From Candidatus Omnitrophota bacterium (GTDB taxonomy: Bacteria; Omnitrophota; Gorgyraeia; Zapsychrales; Fredricksoniimonadaceae), in the NCBI GenBank assembly GCA_903944345.1, contig CAJARJ010000018.1, positions 120,581 through 184,580 on the forward strand: a stretch of 64,000 nt of DNA, given 5' to 3'. The notes below the pieces were generated by a model that saw only the letters and a list, made by a program, of their open reading frames with translations, was not told the DNA's origin and did no database searches. Positions 27,059-36,573 of the stretch are shown here, piece after piece. Every line of letters begins with the position of its first letter. The stretch's first letter is position 1. A program made the translations under genes and the position numbers.

Positions 27059-28512
27059 GATTCCCCACTGACTTTCACGGTCTTTTCCGCCAGAAGAAGT
27101 GCCTCTTCTTTTGTTGTTATTTTACCCAGATGCTGGGCCTCGGCAACCTCCCGGAGTATCCTGGCAAAATCCGGACCGGGCTTGAGTTGCAAATCTTTAA
27201 TCAAGTCATGCCCGTTTAACAAACAGATAAACGGCTTTTCCCGCTGGTCCGTGAAGTAGCGGTGCACCAGCGGGAAAAGGATACTTTCCAGATGTGCCAC
27301 CCGTTCCGGCGTCGTCAATGGCCCGCGCGTAGCACGCTGATCGGCTATCGCCAGAAGAAGAATCGAAACCGCTTCTTTTCTGGCATCGCGCATAAAACGA
27401 AACACCATACGTTCTGACGCCTGGCTGAAATTGGCCAGATACCCCGGCCGTAAATGCAAGGCCACCATATCTTCGAGAGCGTACCGCTCGCGGTCTGAAA
27501 TCCGCAAATTGCGGGCAATCGCACGCACAATTCTTTGCCCGACGCGCTCATGCCCGTGATAACTGACGCGTCCGCCAGGCTCTTCTTTTCTTGTGTCCGG
27601 CTTGCCGACATCATGCAACAGGCAAGCCAGCTTGAGCAAAGCCCGGCGGCTATGCCCCCCGGCTACTGTTTCTGAAAGATACCCGTTTAATTCAAAATCC
27701 GCCGCAGCCGTCGCGGCTATCAATTCTTCCAGCTCCGTCAATACGCACAAAGAATGCTCAAGCACGTTCAGATGATGATAACCGCCCTTGCCAACGCCTC
27801 GCATCCCCGCCATCTGCGGAAAAATGGCCAGGAGAAGACCCGACTGAGACATGGCTTTAAAAGACGCCCCTGCACGCGGCGTATCCAGAATGCGAAACAG
27901 CTCTTCGCGCACACGTTCAGCCGCGACCGTATTGATCCGGGCACAGTCTTGTTTGATCCGGACGAGCGTAGCCCGCTCAATCGAGAAACCATACTGTGCC
28001 TTGAGCACATACGCACGTAAAAGGCGTAAAGGATCGTCAAGAAAAGCCCCCGGAGCCACCATGCGGACACGTTTGCGTCGGATATCTTCCCGCGCACCGC
28101 ACAAGTCCCTGACCTGAGGCAAGAGGGGCTTGCGTCCGTCAAAAGTCAACAGATCCAGCGCCAGGGCATTGACCGTAAAATCACGACGGCGGATATCGGC
28201 AGGCAATGTCTTGCCGCGCAGGTCAGAAAAATCAAAAACTTTAACTTCACCCTCGGCCTGCCTGACAACACGGGCACACCCCATCTCTTCGTCGAGAACC
28301 ACAAAGGCGCCATGAATTGCCCGCGCAAACGCCCGGGCGAGGCCAATAGCTCCCGAGGAAACGGCAAAATCCAGGTCTTTGGCCGGAGAGTCTTCTTTTG
28401 CGGCCACCGCCATATCGCGCAGAAAGCCCCCCACGCCATAAAGCCTGAGCGAGCGTTTGGCCGCCAGCTTGCGCAAGACAACAACTTCAGGATGATTATC
28501 CAGGAATGGCAT
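27055..28512 (-). CDS. tRNA nucleotidyltransferase / poly(A) polymerase family with HD domain
   Basis: VGGFLRD, DLDF, RRDFTVNA, DDPLRLLR, AERVREEL, LLHDVGK. Confidence 0.9.
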   Translation of the reverse strand: MPFLDNHPEVVVLRKLAAKRSLRLYGVGGFLRDMAVAAKEDSPAKDLDFAVSSGAIGLARAFARAIHGAFVVLDEEMGCARVVRQAEGEVKVFDFSDLRGKTLPADIRRRDFTVNALALDLLTFDGRKPLLPQVRDLCGAREDIRRKRVRMVAPGAFLDDPLRLLRAYVLKAQYGFSIERATLVRIKQDCARINTVAAERVREELFRILDTPRAGASFKAMSQSGLLLAIFPQMAGMRGVGKGGYHHLNVLEHSLCVLTELEELIAATAAADFELNGYLSETVAGGHSRRALLKLACLLHDVGKPDTRKEEPGGRVSYHGHERVGQRIVRAIARNLRISDRERYALEDMVALHLRPGYLANFSQASERMVFRFMRDARKEAVSILLLAIADQRATRGPLTTPERVAHLESILFPLVHRYFTDQREKPFICLLNGHDLIKDLQLKPGPDFARILREVAEAQHLGKITTKEEALLLAEKTVKVSGES

Positions 28513-28545
28513 TAAGCTTCTCCGGGAAGAGCGCCGGGCCGCGGA

Positions 28546-28953
28546 CTAATCCCCGGCTCCGGAAATCTTGACAAAAACAGCCTCACGGACAAATATCGGG
28601 ACATTCAGCCGGACAGCCAGCGCCACCCCGTCCGACGGACGGCAGTCTACATCCACAAAAGCCCCCTGTGCATTCTTGACCCGCAGGGAGGCATAAAATG
28701 TCCCGTCCACAACATCCGTGATCGATAACGCCGCAACTTCCCCTCCGAGTGTCTTGATCATGTCCGCAAAAAAGTCATGCGTCATGGGCCGGGGCAGCTT
28801 CGTGCCAACAATAAACATCTGAATGCTTGTGGCCTCGGTGAAGCCGATCAGGATAGGAATCTGGCGACAACCGTCCTGTTCGCGTAACAAAATGACCTGT
28901 TCGCGGTCTTTTTCGTTAATAATGATCTTGGAAAGAGTTACCGGAATCATCAT
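28546..28953 (-). CDS. Bifunctional nuclease family (DUF151)
   Basis: IPILIGFTEA, PRPMTHD, DCRPSDGVALAVR. Confidence 0.92.
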   Translation of the reverse strand: MMIPVTLSKIIINEKDREQVILLREQDGCRQIPILIGFTEATSIQMFIVGTKLPRPMTHDFFADMIKTLGGEVAALSITDVVDGTFYASLRVKNAQGAFVDVDCRPSDGVALAVRLNVPIFVREAVFVKISGAGD

Positions 28954-29429
28954 ACGAGCGGGAGTGTCTTGACCTTGTCCTTCTCCAGAATCCCCTTGAT
29001 CTCGTTCATAAAATGATTCACATCACGAAACTGCCGGTAAACAGAAGCAAACCGTACATAAGCTATTTCGTCGATAGCGTAAAGTTTCTCCATCACCAGT
29101 TCGCCGATCTGAGTGGACGAAACCTCTCGGTCGTTCGTCTGCTGGATCTCGCGCTCGATTTCAATCGCGGTTTCTTCGATACGCCCCATGCTCACCGGAC
29201 GTTTCTCGCAAGCCTTGGTGATCCCGTTGATCAAACGTGAACGGTCATACGGCTGACGACGACCGTCTTTCTTGACCACCATAAGCGAAACCTGCTCGAC
29301 ATACTCATGCGTCGTGAATCTGCGGGAACATTTCAGGCACTCCCGGCGGCGGCGTATGGCTGTTGCTTCCGCGGTTTCGCGCGAATCAACAACCTTGGTG
29401 TCTTTATAGCCGCAAGCCGGACATTTCAT
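28950..29429 (-). CDS. nrdR: Transcriptional repressor NrdR
   Basis: MKCPAC, VVDSR, RRRREC, ATP cone, AYVRFASVY. Confidence 0.97.
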   Translation of the reverse strand: MKCPACGYKDTKVVDSRETAEATAIRRRRECLKCSRRFTTHEYVEQVSLMVVKKDGRRQPYDRSRLINGITKACEKRPVSMGRIEETAIEIEREIQQTNDREVSSTQIGELVMEKLYAIDEIAYVRFASVYRQFRDVNHFMNEIKGILEKDKVKTLPLV

Positions 29430-29444
29430 GGCAGCATACCCTGA

Positions 29445-30692
29445 TTAACCGGCGAGGCCGGCATAGATAGGAAACTTCCCGGTCAAAGCGGCAACATCCC
29501 CGGCGACCTCGGCAAGTACTCTGGCATCCGAACGATGCACCACCGCACGGTCGATCAGATCGGCAATTGTCTTCATCTGTGTTTCTGTCATGCCGCGCGT
29601 CGTCACCGCCGGAGTTCCGATACGGATACCGCTAGTGACAGCCGGTGGCTGCGTATCGAAAGGCACCAGGTTCTTGTTGACCGTAATCTTGACGGAATCA
29701 AGCAAGGTGGCCGCATCTTTACCGGTAATATTCTTGGGCGCCAGGTCAACCATAAACAGATGATTGTCTGTCCCTCCTGAAACAATGCGAAAGCCCCGGG
29801 CAGCCAGCGCTTCGGAAAACGCCCGGGCGTTACGGATAACCTGCTGCTGATAAAGCTTGAACTCGGGCTTGAGCGCTTCGCCAAACGCCACCGCTTTGGC
29901 GGCAATCACATGCATCAGCGGCCCGCCCTGGATCCCGGGAAAAATATTCATGTCCACCTTGCGGGCGTAAGCACTCTTGCACAAAACGATACCGCCGCGC
30001 GGACCGCGCAGGGTTTTATGCGTCGTCGAGGTCACAAAGTCGGCAAAAGGAACCGGATTGGGGTGCAGGCCTGCGGCCACCAGACCGGCGAAATGGGCCA
30101 TGTCAACAAAAAGCACGGCCCCGATCTTGTCACAGATCGCACGAAAACGCGCAAAATCCAGTTCACGGGAATAAGCGGAATAGCCGGCAATGATCATTCT
30201 GGGTTTATGCTCCAGCGCTGCGCGTTCCACCTCGTCCATATTGATCCGCTCGGTTTTCGGATCAACTTTATATGACACCATATTATAAAGCTTGCCGGAG
30301 AAATTGATCTTCAGTCCATGCGTCAGATGACCGCCGCAAGCCAGATCAAGGCCCATAACGGTGTCACCCGGATTAACAGCCGAAAGATAAACCGCCATAT
30401 TCGCCTGTGATCCTGAATGCGCCTGGACATTGGCATGCTCGGCTCCGAAAAGCTGTTTCAGCCGGTCGATGGCCAACTGTTCAACCTCGTCAACATATTC
30501 ACAGCCGTTATACCAGCGAGCCTTGGGGTAACCTTCGGCGTATTTGTTGGTCATGACCGATCCCATGGCCTCCATGACGGCGGGGGAAACAATGTTCTCC
30601 GACGCGATCAGCTCCAGGTTCTCCTGCTGACGGAGAAGTTCGTGTTTGATCGTAGCGTAAACCTGCGGATCCGTATTCTGCAAAGCACTCAT
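29445..30692 (-). CDS. glyA: Serine hydroxymethyltransferase
   Basis: [26 protein letters not shown]. Confidence 0.98.
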   Translation of the reverse strand: MSALQNTDPQVYATIKHELLRQQENLELIASENIVSPAVMEAMGSVMTNKYAEGYPKARWYNGCEYVDEVEQLAIDRLKQLFGAEHANVQAHSGSQANMAVYLSAVNPGDTVMGLDLACGGHLTHGLKINFSGKLYNMVSYKVDPKTERINMDEVERAALEHKPRMIIAGYSAYSRELDFARFRAICDKIGAVLFVDMAHFAGLVAAGLHPNPVPFADFVTSTTHKTLRGPRGGIVLCKSAYARKVDMNIFPGIQGGPLMHVIAAKAVAFGEALKPEFKLYQQQVIRNARAFSEALAARGFRIVSGGTDNHLFMVDLAPKNITGKDAATLLDSVKITVNKNLVPFDTQPPAVTSGIRIGTPAVTTRGMTETQMKTIADLIDRAVVHRSDARVLAEVAGDVAALTGKFPIYAGLAG

Positions 30693-30731
30693 AATAACCT
30701 CGTTGGTTGACTGCCGGCCAGACAGGCGCGG

Positions 30732-31196
30732 TCAGGATTCTTTCATGAATTTTTTTTCGATCTCCCGGATCTGCTCGAAACGGCGTAAATGACGACCGCC
30801 CTCGAAATCCGCCTGCAGCCAGGCCTCGATGATCCCCAGAAGTTCGTCGCTACCGACAAACTTTGACCCGAGCACCAGAACATTGGCATTATTATGCTGA
30901 CGGGAGAGCACCGCGGCTTCCTTGTTATAACACAAGGCCGCATAAACCCCTGGCACCTTGTTAGCCGCTATGGAATGCCCTATACCGGTCATGCAAATCA
31001 GAATACCGCGCGACTCCGGTGCGGCCGCCACCTGTTCACCCAGAAGCAGAGAATACCCCGGATAATCGCAGGCAGCATTTTCATCGTGACTTCCCAGATC
31101 CACAGGATCGTGCCCCTGCCGGGCCAGCCAACGCGCAATCTCGCTTTTAAGCTGTACTCCGCGATGATCCGCGGCAAGAAAAACCCTGAATTTCAT
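30732..31196 (-). CDS. rpiB: Ribose-5-phosphate isomerase B
   Basis: AADHRG, CMTGIG, ANKVPG, HNNANVL, FEGGRH. Confidence 0.95.
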   Translation of the reverse strand: MKFRVFLAADHRGVQLKSEIARWLARQGHDPVDLGSHDENAACDYPGYSLLLGEQVAAAPESRGILICMTGIGHSIAANKVPGVYAALCYNKEAAVLSRQHNNANVLVLGSKFVGSDELLGIIEAWLQADFEGGRHLRRFEQIREIEKKFMKES

Positions 31197-31204
31197 ATTT
31201 ACCC

Positions 31205-32269
31205 CTAGACCAGATGTAAAATCTTGCGCAAACACTCCGCGATCATATCCCGACAATGTTGATACTCCGCGTGGGAATGCCCGATTGGATCGGGTATATC
31301 CAGATCGCAATCCTGATGCAAGACCGAATTCTTGAACTCACCCAGCAGATAAACCCTCTTCTCGATTGAAGGCACCCGTTCCAGCAACTGACTGCGATGC
31401 CCCCGGGTCATGACAAAAACCAGATCCGAACGTTTGAGCAGCATATTGCTGACCGGACGCGAAACATGCGCTCGCGCATCAATACCATTCTCCCGCAAAA
31501 CAGAAAGAGCTTCCCGGCTGGCTTGCGTCGGATAAAGGACACCCGTGCCGGCAGAAGAAACTGCGATATCACTGCGCCCGCCCAAAAGATACCGAAACTG
31601 ATATTCAGCCATGACCGAACGACAACTGTTGCCGGTACACACAAACAGGATATGCTTCTTTCCGGTTACGGCGTCCACGTCCTGCCGGGAAATAACCCCC
31701 GTGCGGACAACCTCCGGTTTCCCGGAAACAAAATCAACAATAGTTGATGAAGTGCCTATATCTACACGCCCGCTGTCGATGGCCAGATCAACCAGACCGT
31801 CAAGATCCCGCAAGGCTTCCTGAATCGTCGCCGGCGGAGGGTTGCCTTCGAAATTGGCTGAAGGCGCAGCCACCGTACAATGAACATTCTCGATCAGCCT
31901 CAAGGCAACCGGATGATCCGGGATACGTATCCCGGTCGAATCGCGGCCATTACCGGAAGGGACAATAACAGTCAGCGGCCCCGGCCAGTAACGATCTATC
32001 AACTTGTAAAGAGCAGGCGCATCCAGAGAAGTATAATTACGGATCAGTTCCTTCTGTGGAATCATGATCGCAAAAGGCTTGCCTTCCTGTCGACGCTTGA
32101 CCTCTCGCAGCCGCTTCATGGCCAGCGGATTGGCGGAATCGGCGGCAATCCCGTAAACAGTCTCGGTGGGAAAGATCACCAGTCCGCCGCTGTGTATTGT
32201 ACGTGCCGCTTCCAGGACCAGATCCATCTGGGGAGAGGCGGGATCAATTGCAAGAATTCTGGTCTTCAC
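31205..32269 (-). CDS. Threonylcarbamoyl-AMP synthase (TsaC/Sua5 domain) fused to LMW protein phosphatase
   Basis: FPTETVYG, YWPGPLT, APSAN, followed by FVCTGNSCRSVMAE and DIPDPIG. Start placed at GTG 32269 (alternative TTG 32278). Confidence 0.9.
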   Translation of the reverse strand: MKTRILAIDPASPQMDLVLEAARTIHSGGLVIFPTETVYGIAADSANPLAMKRLREVKRRQEGKPFAIMIPQKELIRNYTSLDAPALYKLIDRYWPGPLTVIVPSGNGRDSTGIRIPDHPVALRLIENVHCTVAAPSANFEGNPPPATIQEALRDLDGLVDLAIDSGRVDIGTSSTIVDFVSGKPEVVRTGVISRQDVDAVTGKKHILFVCTGNSCRSVMAEYQFRYLLGGRSDIAVSSAGTGVLYPTQASREALSVLRENGIDARAHVSRPVSNMLLKRSDLVFVMTRGHRSQLLERVPSIEKRVYLLGEFKNSVLHQDCDLDIPDPIGHSHAEYQHCRDMIAECLRKILHLV

Positions 32270-32274
32270 GGCCT

Positions 32275-32751
32275 TCAACCTTTAAGAATCTGTTCCGCCT
32301 GCTCCCTGGAAAAATCTTCGAGCTTGCGGACAAGAGTATCGTCAGACAAAGCCAACATGCGTACCGCCAGCAAGGCGGCATTCTTGGCCCCGGGTTTGCC
32401 TATGCCAACAGCCGCCACCGGCACTCCCGGAGGCATCTGAACCGTGGACAACAGCGCGTCAAGCCCCTGAAAACCCATGGAGTCCAGAGGAATACCAATC
32501 ACCGGCAAGGACGTATGTGCTGCCACAACCCCCGCCAGCGCGGCAGCCCCACCCGCCGCGCAGATAACAACCTTGACCCCACGGCCAGCCAACGCCTCGG
32601 CATATTCGGCAGTCTGACGCGGAGTCCGGTGGGCAGACAAAACCCGAACCTCGGAAGATACTCCGAAAGATTCCAGCATACGCACCGCTTGCTCAACCAC
32701 AGGCATATCATTACGGCTGCCCATCATCAAAGCGACCTGAATCTTGTCCAT
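32275..32751 (-). CDS. purE: PurE (N5-CAIR mutase / AIR carboxylase)
   Basis: MGSRND, SAHRTP, PVIGIP, QMPPGVPVA. Confidence 0.96.
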   Translation of the reverse strand: MDKIQVALMMGSRNDMPVVEQAVRMLESFGVSSEVRVLSAHRTPRQTAEYAEALAGRGVKVVICAAGGAAALAGVVAAHTSLPVIGIPLDSMGFQGLDALLSTVQMPPGVPVAAVGIGKPGAKNAALLAVRMLALSDDTLVRKLEDFSREQAEQILKG

Positions 32752-32775
32752 AGGATCTCCTTACGCACCGCAACT

Positions 32776-34044
32776 TTAACTGCGGGTCAAAGCTTTCTGT
32801 CCAATATCCCGACGATAATGCATCTTCTCAAAATGTATGGCCGCAACACCGGCATAAGCCCTGGTTATGGCCCGGGCAATCCCATCCCCCATGGCCGTAA
32901 CGCCCAGCACCCGCCCGCCTGCAGTCACTACCTGTCCACCGGACAGTTTTGTCCCGGCATGAAAAACCACCACATCTTCGGGAACATCAGCCAGCCCGCC
33001 AATCTTCTGTCCGGTTGCATAGTCCTGAGGGTAACCGCCCGCAGCCAGGACAACACACACACACGCACGCGCATCCCACTCCAGCCGATGCTGCGCCAGA
33101 CGCCCTTCGACAGCCGCCAACACCAACTCCAGAAGATCGCTCTTAAGGCGGGGCAGAACAGCCTGGGTTTCGGGATCGCCAAAACGGGTGTTAAATTCAA
33201 GCACTTTCGGGCCGCTGGCCGTAACCATAATTCCGGCGTAAAGAATCCCCTTGAATAAAACGCCTTCCGCACGCATCCCCTCGACCACCGGACGGATCAC
33301 TTGCCCGGCAATTTGCGTCATCAACTGCGGAGTGACCAGCGGAGCCGGAGAATAGGCTCCCATGCCGCCGGTATTCGCACCGCGATCCTGATCAAAAATG
33401 CGCTTATGATCTTGAGAAGAATCCAACAGCAGAAAATCTTTACCGTCGCAGACAGCCAGAATAGAGGCCTCTTCCCCGGACAGGAACTCCTCGATGACCA
33501 CCCGGCTTCCCGCTTCCTTGAACACCCGGTCGGTCATGATCTGACGTAAGGCATCTTCTGCGGCCGAGCGGTTTTCGCAAATAACCACACCCTTGCCTGC
33601 GGCCAGTCCGTCCGCCTTGACAACAACCGGCAGAACAAACGCGTCGAGGCCGCTCACGGCCGCTTCATAGCTGTCAAAAGAGGCGTACCTGGCCGTAGGA
33701 ATGTTGTGCCTGGCCATGAAATCTTTGGCAAAAACCTTGCTGCCCTCAAGACGGGCCGCGGCTTTTGACGGGCCGAAAATCCGAATACCAGCTTTTTCGA
33801 ACACATCCACAATCCCTAGCACAAGAGGAACTTCGGGACCCACCACAACACAATCAATATCGGTCTTGCAGGCAAACGCCAACAGGCCGTCAATATCATC
33901 TGCTTTGATATCCACGCACTCGGCCAATGCGGCAATACCGCCGTTGCCAGGCGCGCAATAGATCGCCGACACCTTCGGGCTCTGGCACAACTTCCAAACC
34001 AGAGTATGCTCCCTGCCACCTGAACCAACAACCAGAACTTTCAT
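32776..34044 (-). CDS. purD: Phosphoribosylamine-glycine ligase
   Basis: GSGGREH, KADGLAAGKGV, QDHKR, NTGGMGAYSP, EFNTRFGDPE. Confidence 0.98.
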   Translation of the reverse strand: MKVLVVGSGGREHTLVWKLCQSPKVSAIYCAPGNGGIAALAECVDIKADDIDGLLAFACKTDIDCVVVGPEVPLVLGIVDVFEKAGIRIFGPSKAAARLEGSKVFAKDFMARHNIPTARYASFDSYEAAVSGLDAFVLPVVVKADGLAAGKGVVICENRSAAEDALRQIMTDRVFKEAGSRVVIEEFLSGEEASILAVCDGKDFLLLDSSQDHKRIFDQDRGANTGGMGAYSPAPLVTPQLMTQIAGQVIRPVVEGMRAEGVLFKGILYAGIMVTASGPKVLEFNTRFGDPETQAVLPRLKSDLLELVLAAVEGRLAQHRLEWDARACVCVVLAAGGYPQDYATGQKIGGLADVPEDVVVFHAGTKLSGGQVVTAGGRVLGVTAMGDGIARAITRAYAGVAAIHFEKMHYRRDIGQKALTRS

Positions 34045-34081
34045 AGAATCCTGCCGGTGTTAAGACTTGAAAAAACCGGGA

Positions 34082-35076
34082 TCAGACCAGCTCCAGCTTT
34101 TCTTTCGTACGACGGATAGCCTCTCCGACCACAAAAGAAGGCATGCCAGTCTTTTCCAGAAGCGCGCGCACACGCACCACATCCGCCGGACGCACCACCA
34201 CAATAAACCCGATACCCATGTTAAAGGTGCGATACAACTCTTTCTCGGCAATATCCGCCTTGGCTGTAATAAGCTGAAAAATTTCCGGCAGCGGCCAGCT
34301 GCCCTTTTTGATCTGTAATGAGCACTGATCCGGCAGGCATTTGGTCAGTTTTTCATAAAAAGCCCCGCCGGTGTTATGGGCCATACCATGAATATCAAAT
34401 TTCTTGACCAGCGGCAGGATGTTGCGGACATAAATTCTGGTCGGCTCCATAACAAGGGCGGCATACTTCTTAAGCTCGGCGGCAGAAAAAATCTTGCGCA
34501 CCAGAGAGTACCCGTTGGAATGAATTCCGCTGGAAGGCAGGCCGATGATGACATCTCCGGGCCGCATCTTACTGCCATCAATAACCCGGTTTTTCTCCAC
34601 CACGCCCACTGTAAATCCGGCCAGATCATAATCTTCCCCGCGGTACATTCCAGGCATCTCGGCGGTCTCACCGCCAATAAGCGCACAACCCGCCTGTCGG
34701 CAGCCTTCTGTAATGCCCTTCATAACCTCGACCATCAGCTTGCGGTCGAGCTTGCCGCAGGCCAGATAGTCCAGGAAAAACAGCGGCTCGGCTCCGACAC
34801 AAAGCACATCGTTAACGTTCATCGCCACAAGGTCAATACCCACTGTGGAGTGCCGGCCGGTCAGATTGGCCACCAGAAGTTTGGTGCCGACGCCGTCGGT
34901 TGAAGACACAAGCACCGGATTTTTATACTTACCCAGAGCAAACAACGAGCCAAAGGCCTTTGTCCGGTCCATCACGCCAGGACGACGGGTTGAGGCGGTC
35001 ATCCCCTTGATGGCTCCAACAAAACGGTCGGCTTCGACAATATCTACTCCGCTGTCTTTATACGTCAATCTGGCCA
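34082..35076 (-). CDS. purM: AIR synthetase
   Basis: TYKDSGVDI, STDGVGTK, GGETAEMPG, HSNGYSLVR, TFNMGIG. Confidence 0.97.
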
Positions 35077-35091
35077 TAGGACTCCGTAAGT

Positions 35092-35892
35092 TCATGCACA
35101 AAAAGTTCGCGTCGCATAATCGACACCGTTCTGAAAAATCCGCGCACCGTCTCCCGGCTGATCAGGATGGCCGAAGCGTGTCCAGTACGGATGCTGTGTA
35201 TGCGTAAAATGCCGCTCGGGATGAGGCATAAGCCCCAGCACCCGGCCAGTCGGATCCGTAATGCCGGCAATCGCCTCCAACGAACCATTTGGATTCTGCG
35301 GATACAAAGCGTCCGCTCCGTTCTCGTCGACATAGCGGAAGGCTACCTGGCCACTGTGTCCAAGTGCCTGCAATGTTTTTTTATCTGCGGGAATAAACTT
35401 TCCTTCGCCGTGAGCCACCGGAAAATAAACAATATCCTTGAGTCCTTCCGTCCAGACCGAACGTCCTTCGACTTTCAAATGCACCCAGCGGGCTTCAAAC
35501 TTGCCCGAATCATTATGCGTCAGGGTTACGGACTGTCGATGGGTGGCCGGCTTGAACGGGCCGGGAAGAATACCGGCCTTGACCAGAATCTGAAACCCGT
35601 TGCAAATGCCTATGACCAGCTTGCCATCATCAATAAACCGCCGCACATCCTGTCCAAGCCGAAGACGCAACTCGTTGGCAAACAACCGACCTGAAGCGAT
35701 ATCATCTCCGTAACTAAACCCGCCCGGCAGCGCCATAATATGATAATCCGCCAGATGGACCTTGCCGGAAAACAACCGCTCCAGATGCACCTCTTCGACC
35801 ACGGCACCACAGCGGGCAAACGCAAATGCCGTTTCAGAATTGCAATTTGTTCCGGCCGTCCTTAAAACTATAACTTTAGCCTGTGTGGACAT
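35092..35892 (-). CDS. purQ: FGAM synthase glutaminase subunit
   Basis: GTNC, PGGFSYGD, GICNGFQ, HGEG, MPHPER. Confidence 0.97.
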   Translation of the reverse strand: MSTQAKVIVLRTAGTNCNSETAFAFARCGAVVEEVHLERLFSGKVHLADYHIMALPGGFSYGDDIASGRLFANELRLRLGQDVRRFIDDGKLVIGICNGFQILVKAGILPGPFKPATHRQSVTLTHNDSGKFEARWVHLKVEGRSVWTEGLKDIVYFPVAHGEGKFIPADKKTLQALGHSGQVAFRYVDENGADALYPQNPNGSLEAIAGITDPTGRVLGLMPHPERHFTHTQHPYWTRFGHPDQPGDGARIFQNGVDYATRTFCA

Positions 35893-36560
35893 TACTCCAC
35901 CTTCTTGCCTTTATAAAAATTCTTGATAATTTTAAGAACATCCTCGGCCGAATCAACAATCTTGAATATGTACATATCATTCTCGCTGATGCACTTTTCA
36001 CCCAGCAATTTGTCCTTGAGCCAACCCTCCAGGTCTTTCCAAAAATAACTCCCGACCATGATAATTGGAACCTGGGGCATGCGCCCGGTCTGCACAAGCG
36101 TAAGGCTTTCAAAAAGCTCGTCCAGCGTACCAAAGCCGCCCGGGAAAACCACCACCGCCTTGGCATACTTGACGAACATGACCTTGCGGCAAAAGAAATA
36201 ATGAAAATTGATCAGCGTCTTGATAAAAGGATTGGGCTTCTGTTCAAAAGGCAGCTCAATATTAAGCCCGATCGAGTCGCCATCCGCCAGAAAAGCTCCG
36301 CGGTTTCCGGCTTCCATAATGCCGGGGCCTCCGCCCGTAATGACCCCATAGCCATTTTTAACCAGCAATTTTCCGGTTTCTTCGGCCAGACGATACATTT
36401 TGTGCTCCGGTTTCAGACGCGCAGAACCGAATATGGTAACCGCTTTCTTGAGCTTGTGCAAACGGTGAAAACCTTCGACAAACTCCGCCATGATACGGAA
36501 AATCCGCCATTGATCCATTTCGTAAAAATTGTCCTCGGACTTCGCTTGTTTTTTGGTCAT
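35892..36560 (-). CDS. LOG family (TIGR00730) nucleotide phosphoribohydrolase
   Basis: TIFGSAR, TGGGPGIMEA, RKVMFVKY, PGGFGTLDE. Confidence 0.93.
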   Translation of the reverse strand: MTKKQAKSEDNFYEMDQWRIFRIMAEFVEGFHRLHKLKKAVTIFGSARLKPEHKMYRLAEETGKLLVKNGYGVITGGGPGIMEAGNRGAFLADGDSIGLNIELPFEQKPNPFIKTLINFHYFFCRKVMFVKYAKAVVVFPGGFGTLDELFESLTLVQTGRMPQVPIIMVGSYFWKDLEGWLKDKLLGEKCISENDMYIFKIVDSAEDVLKIIKNFYKGKKVE

Positions 36561-36573
36561 AACAGTTTCCTTC

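Noticed and set aside
31205-31650. ArsC arsenate reductase call from CTGNSCRS
   Set aside because: Lacks the downstream redox Cys pair and any ars context; DPIG motif and ywlC-ywlE-rpiB-glyA synteny favour a phosphatase.
33050-33072. (AC)n-like run as a phase-variation tract
   Set aside because: Encodes the ordinary ACVCVV segment of PurD in frame.
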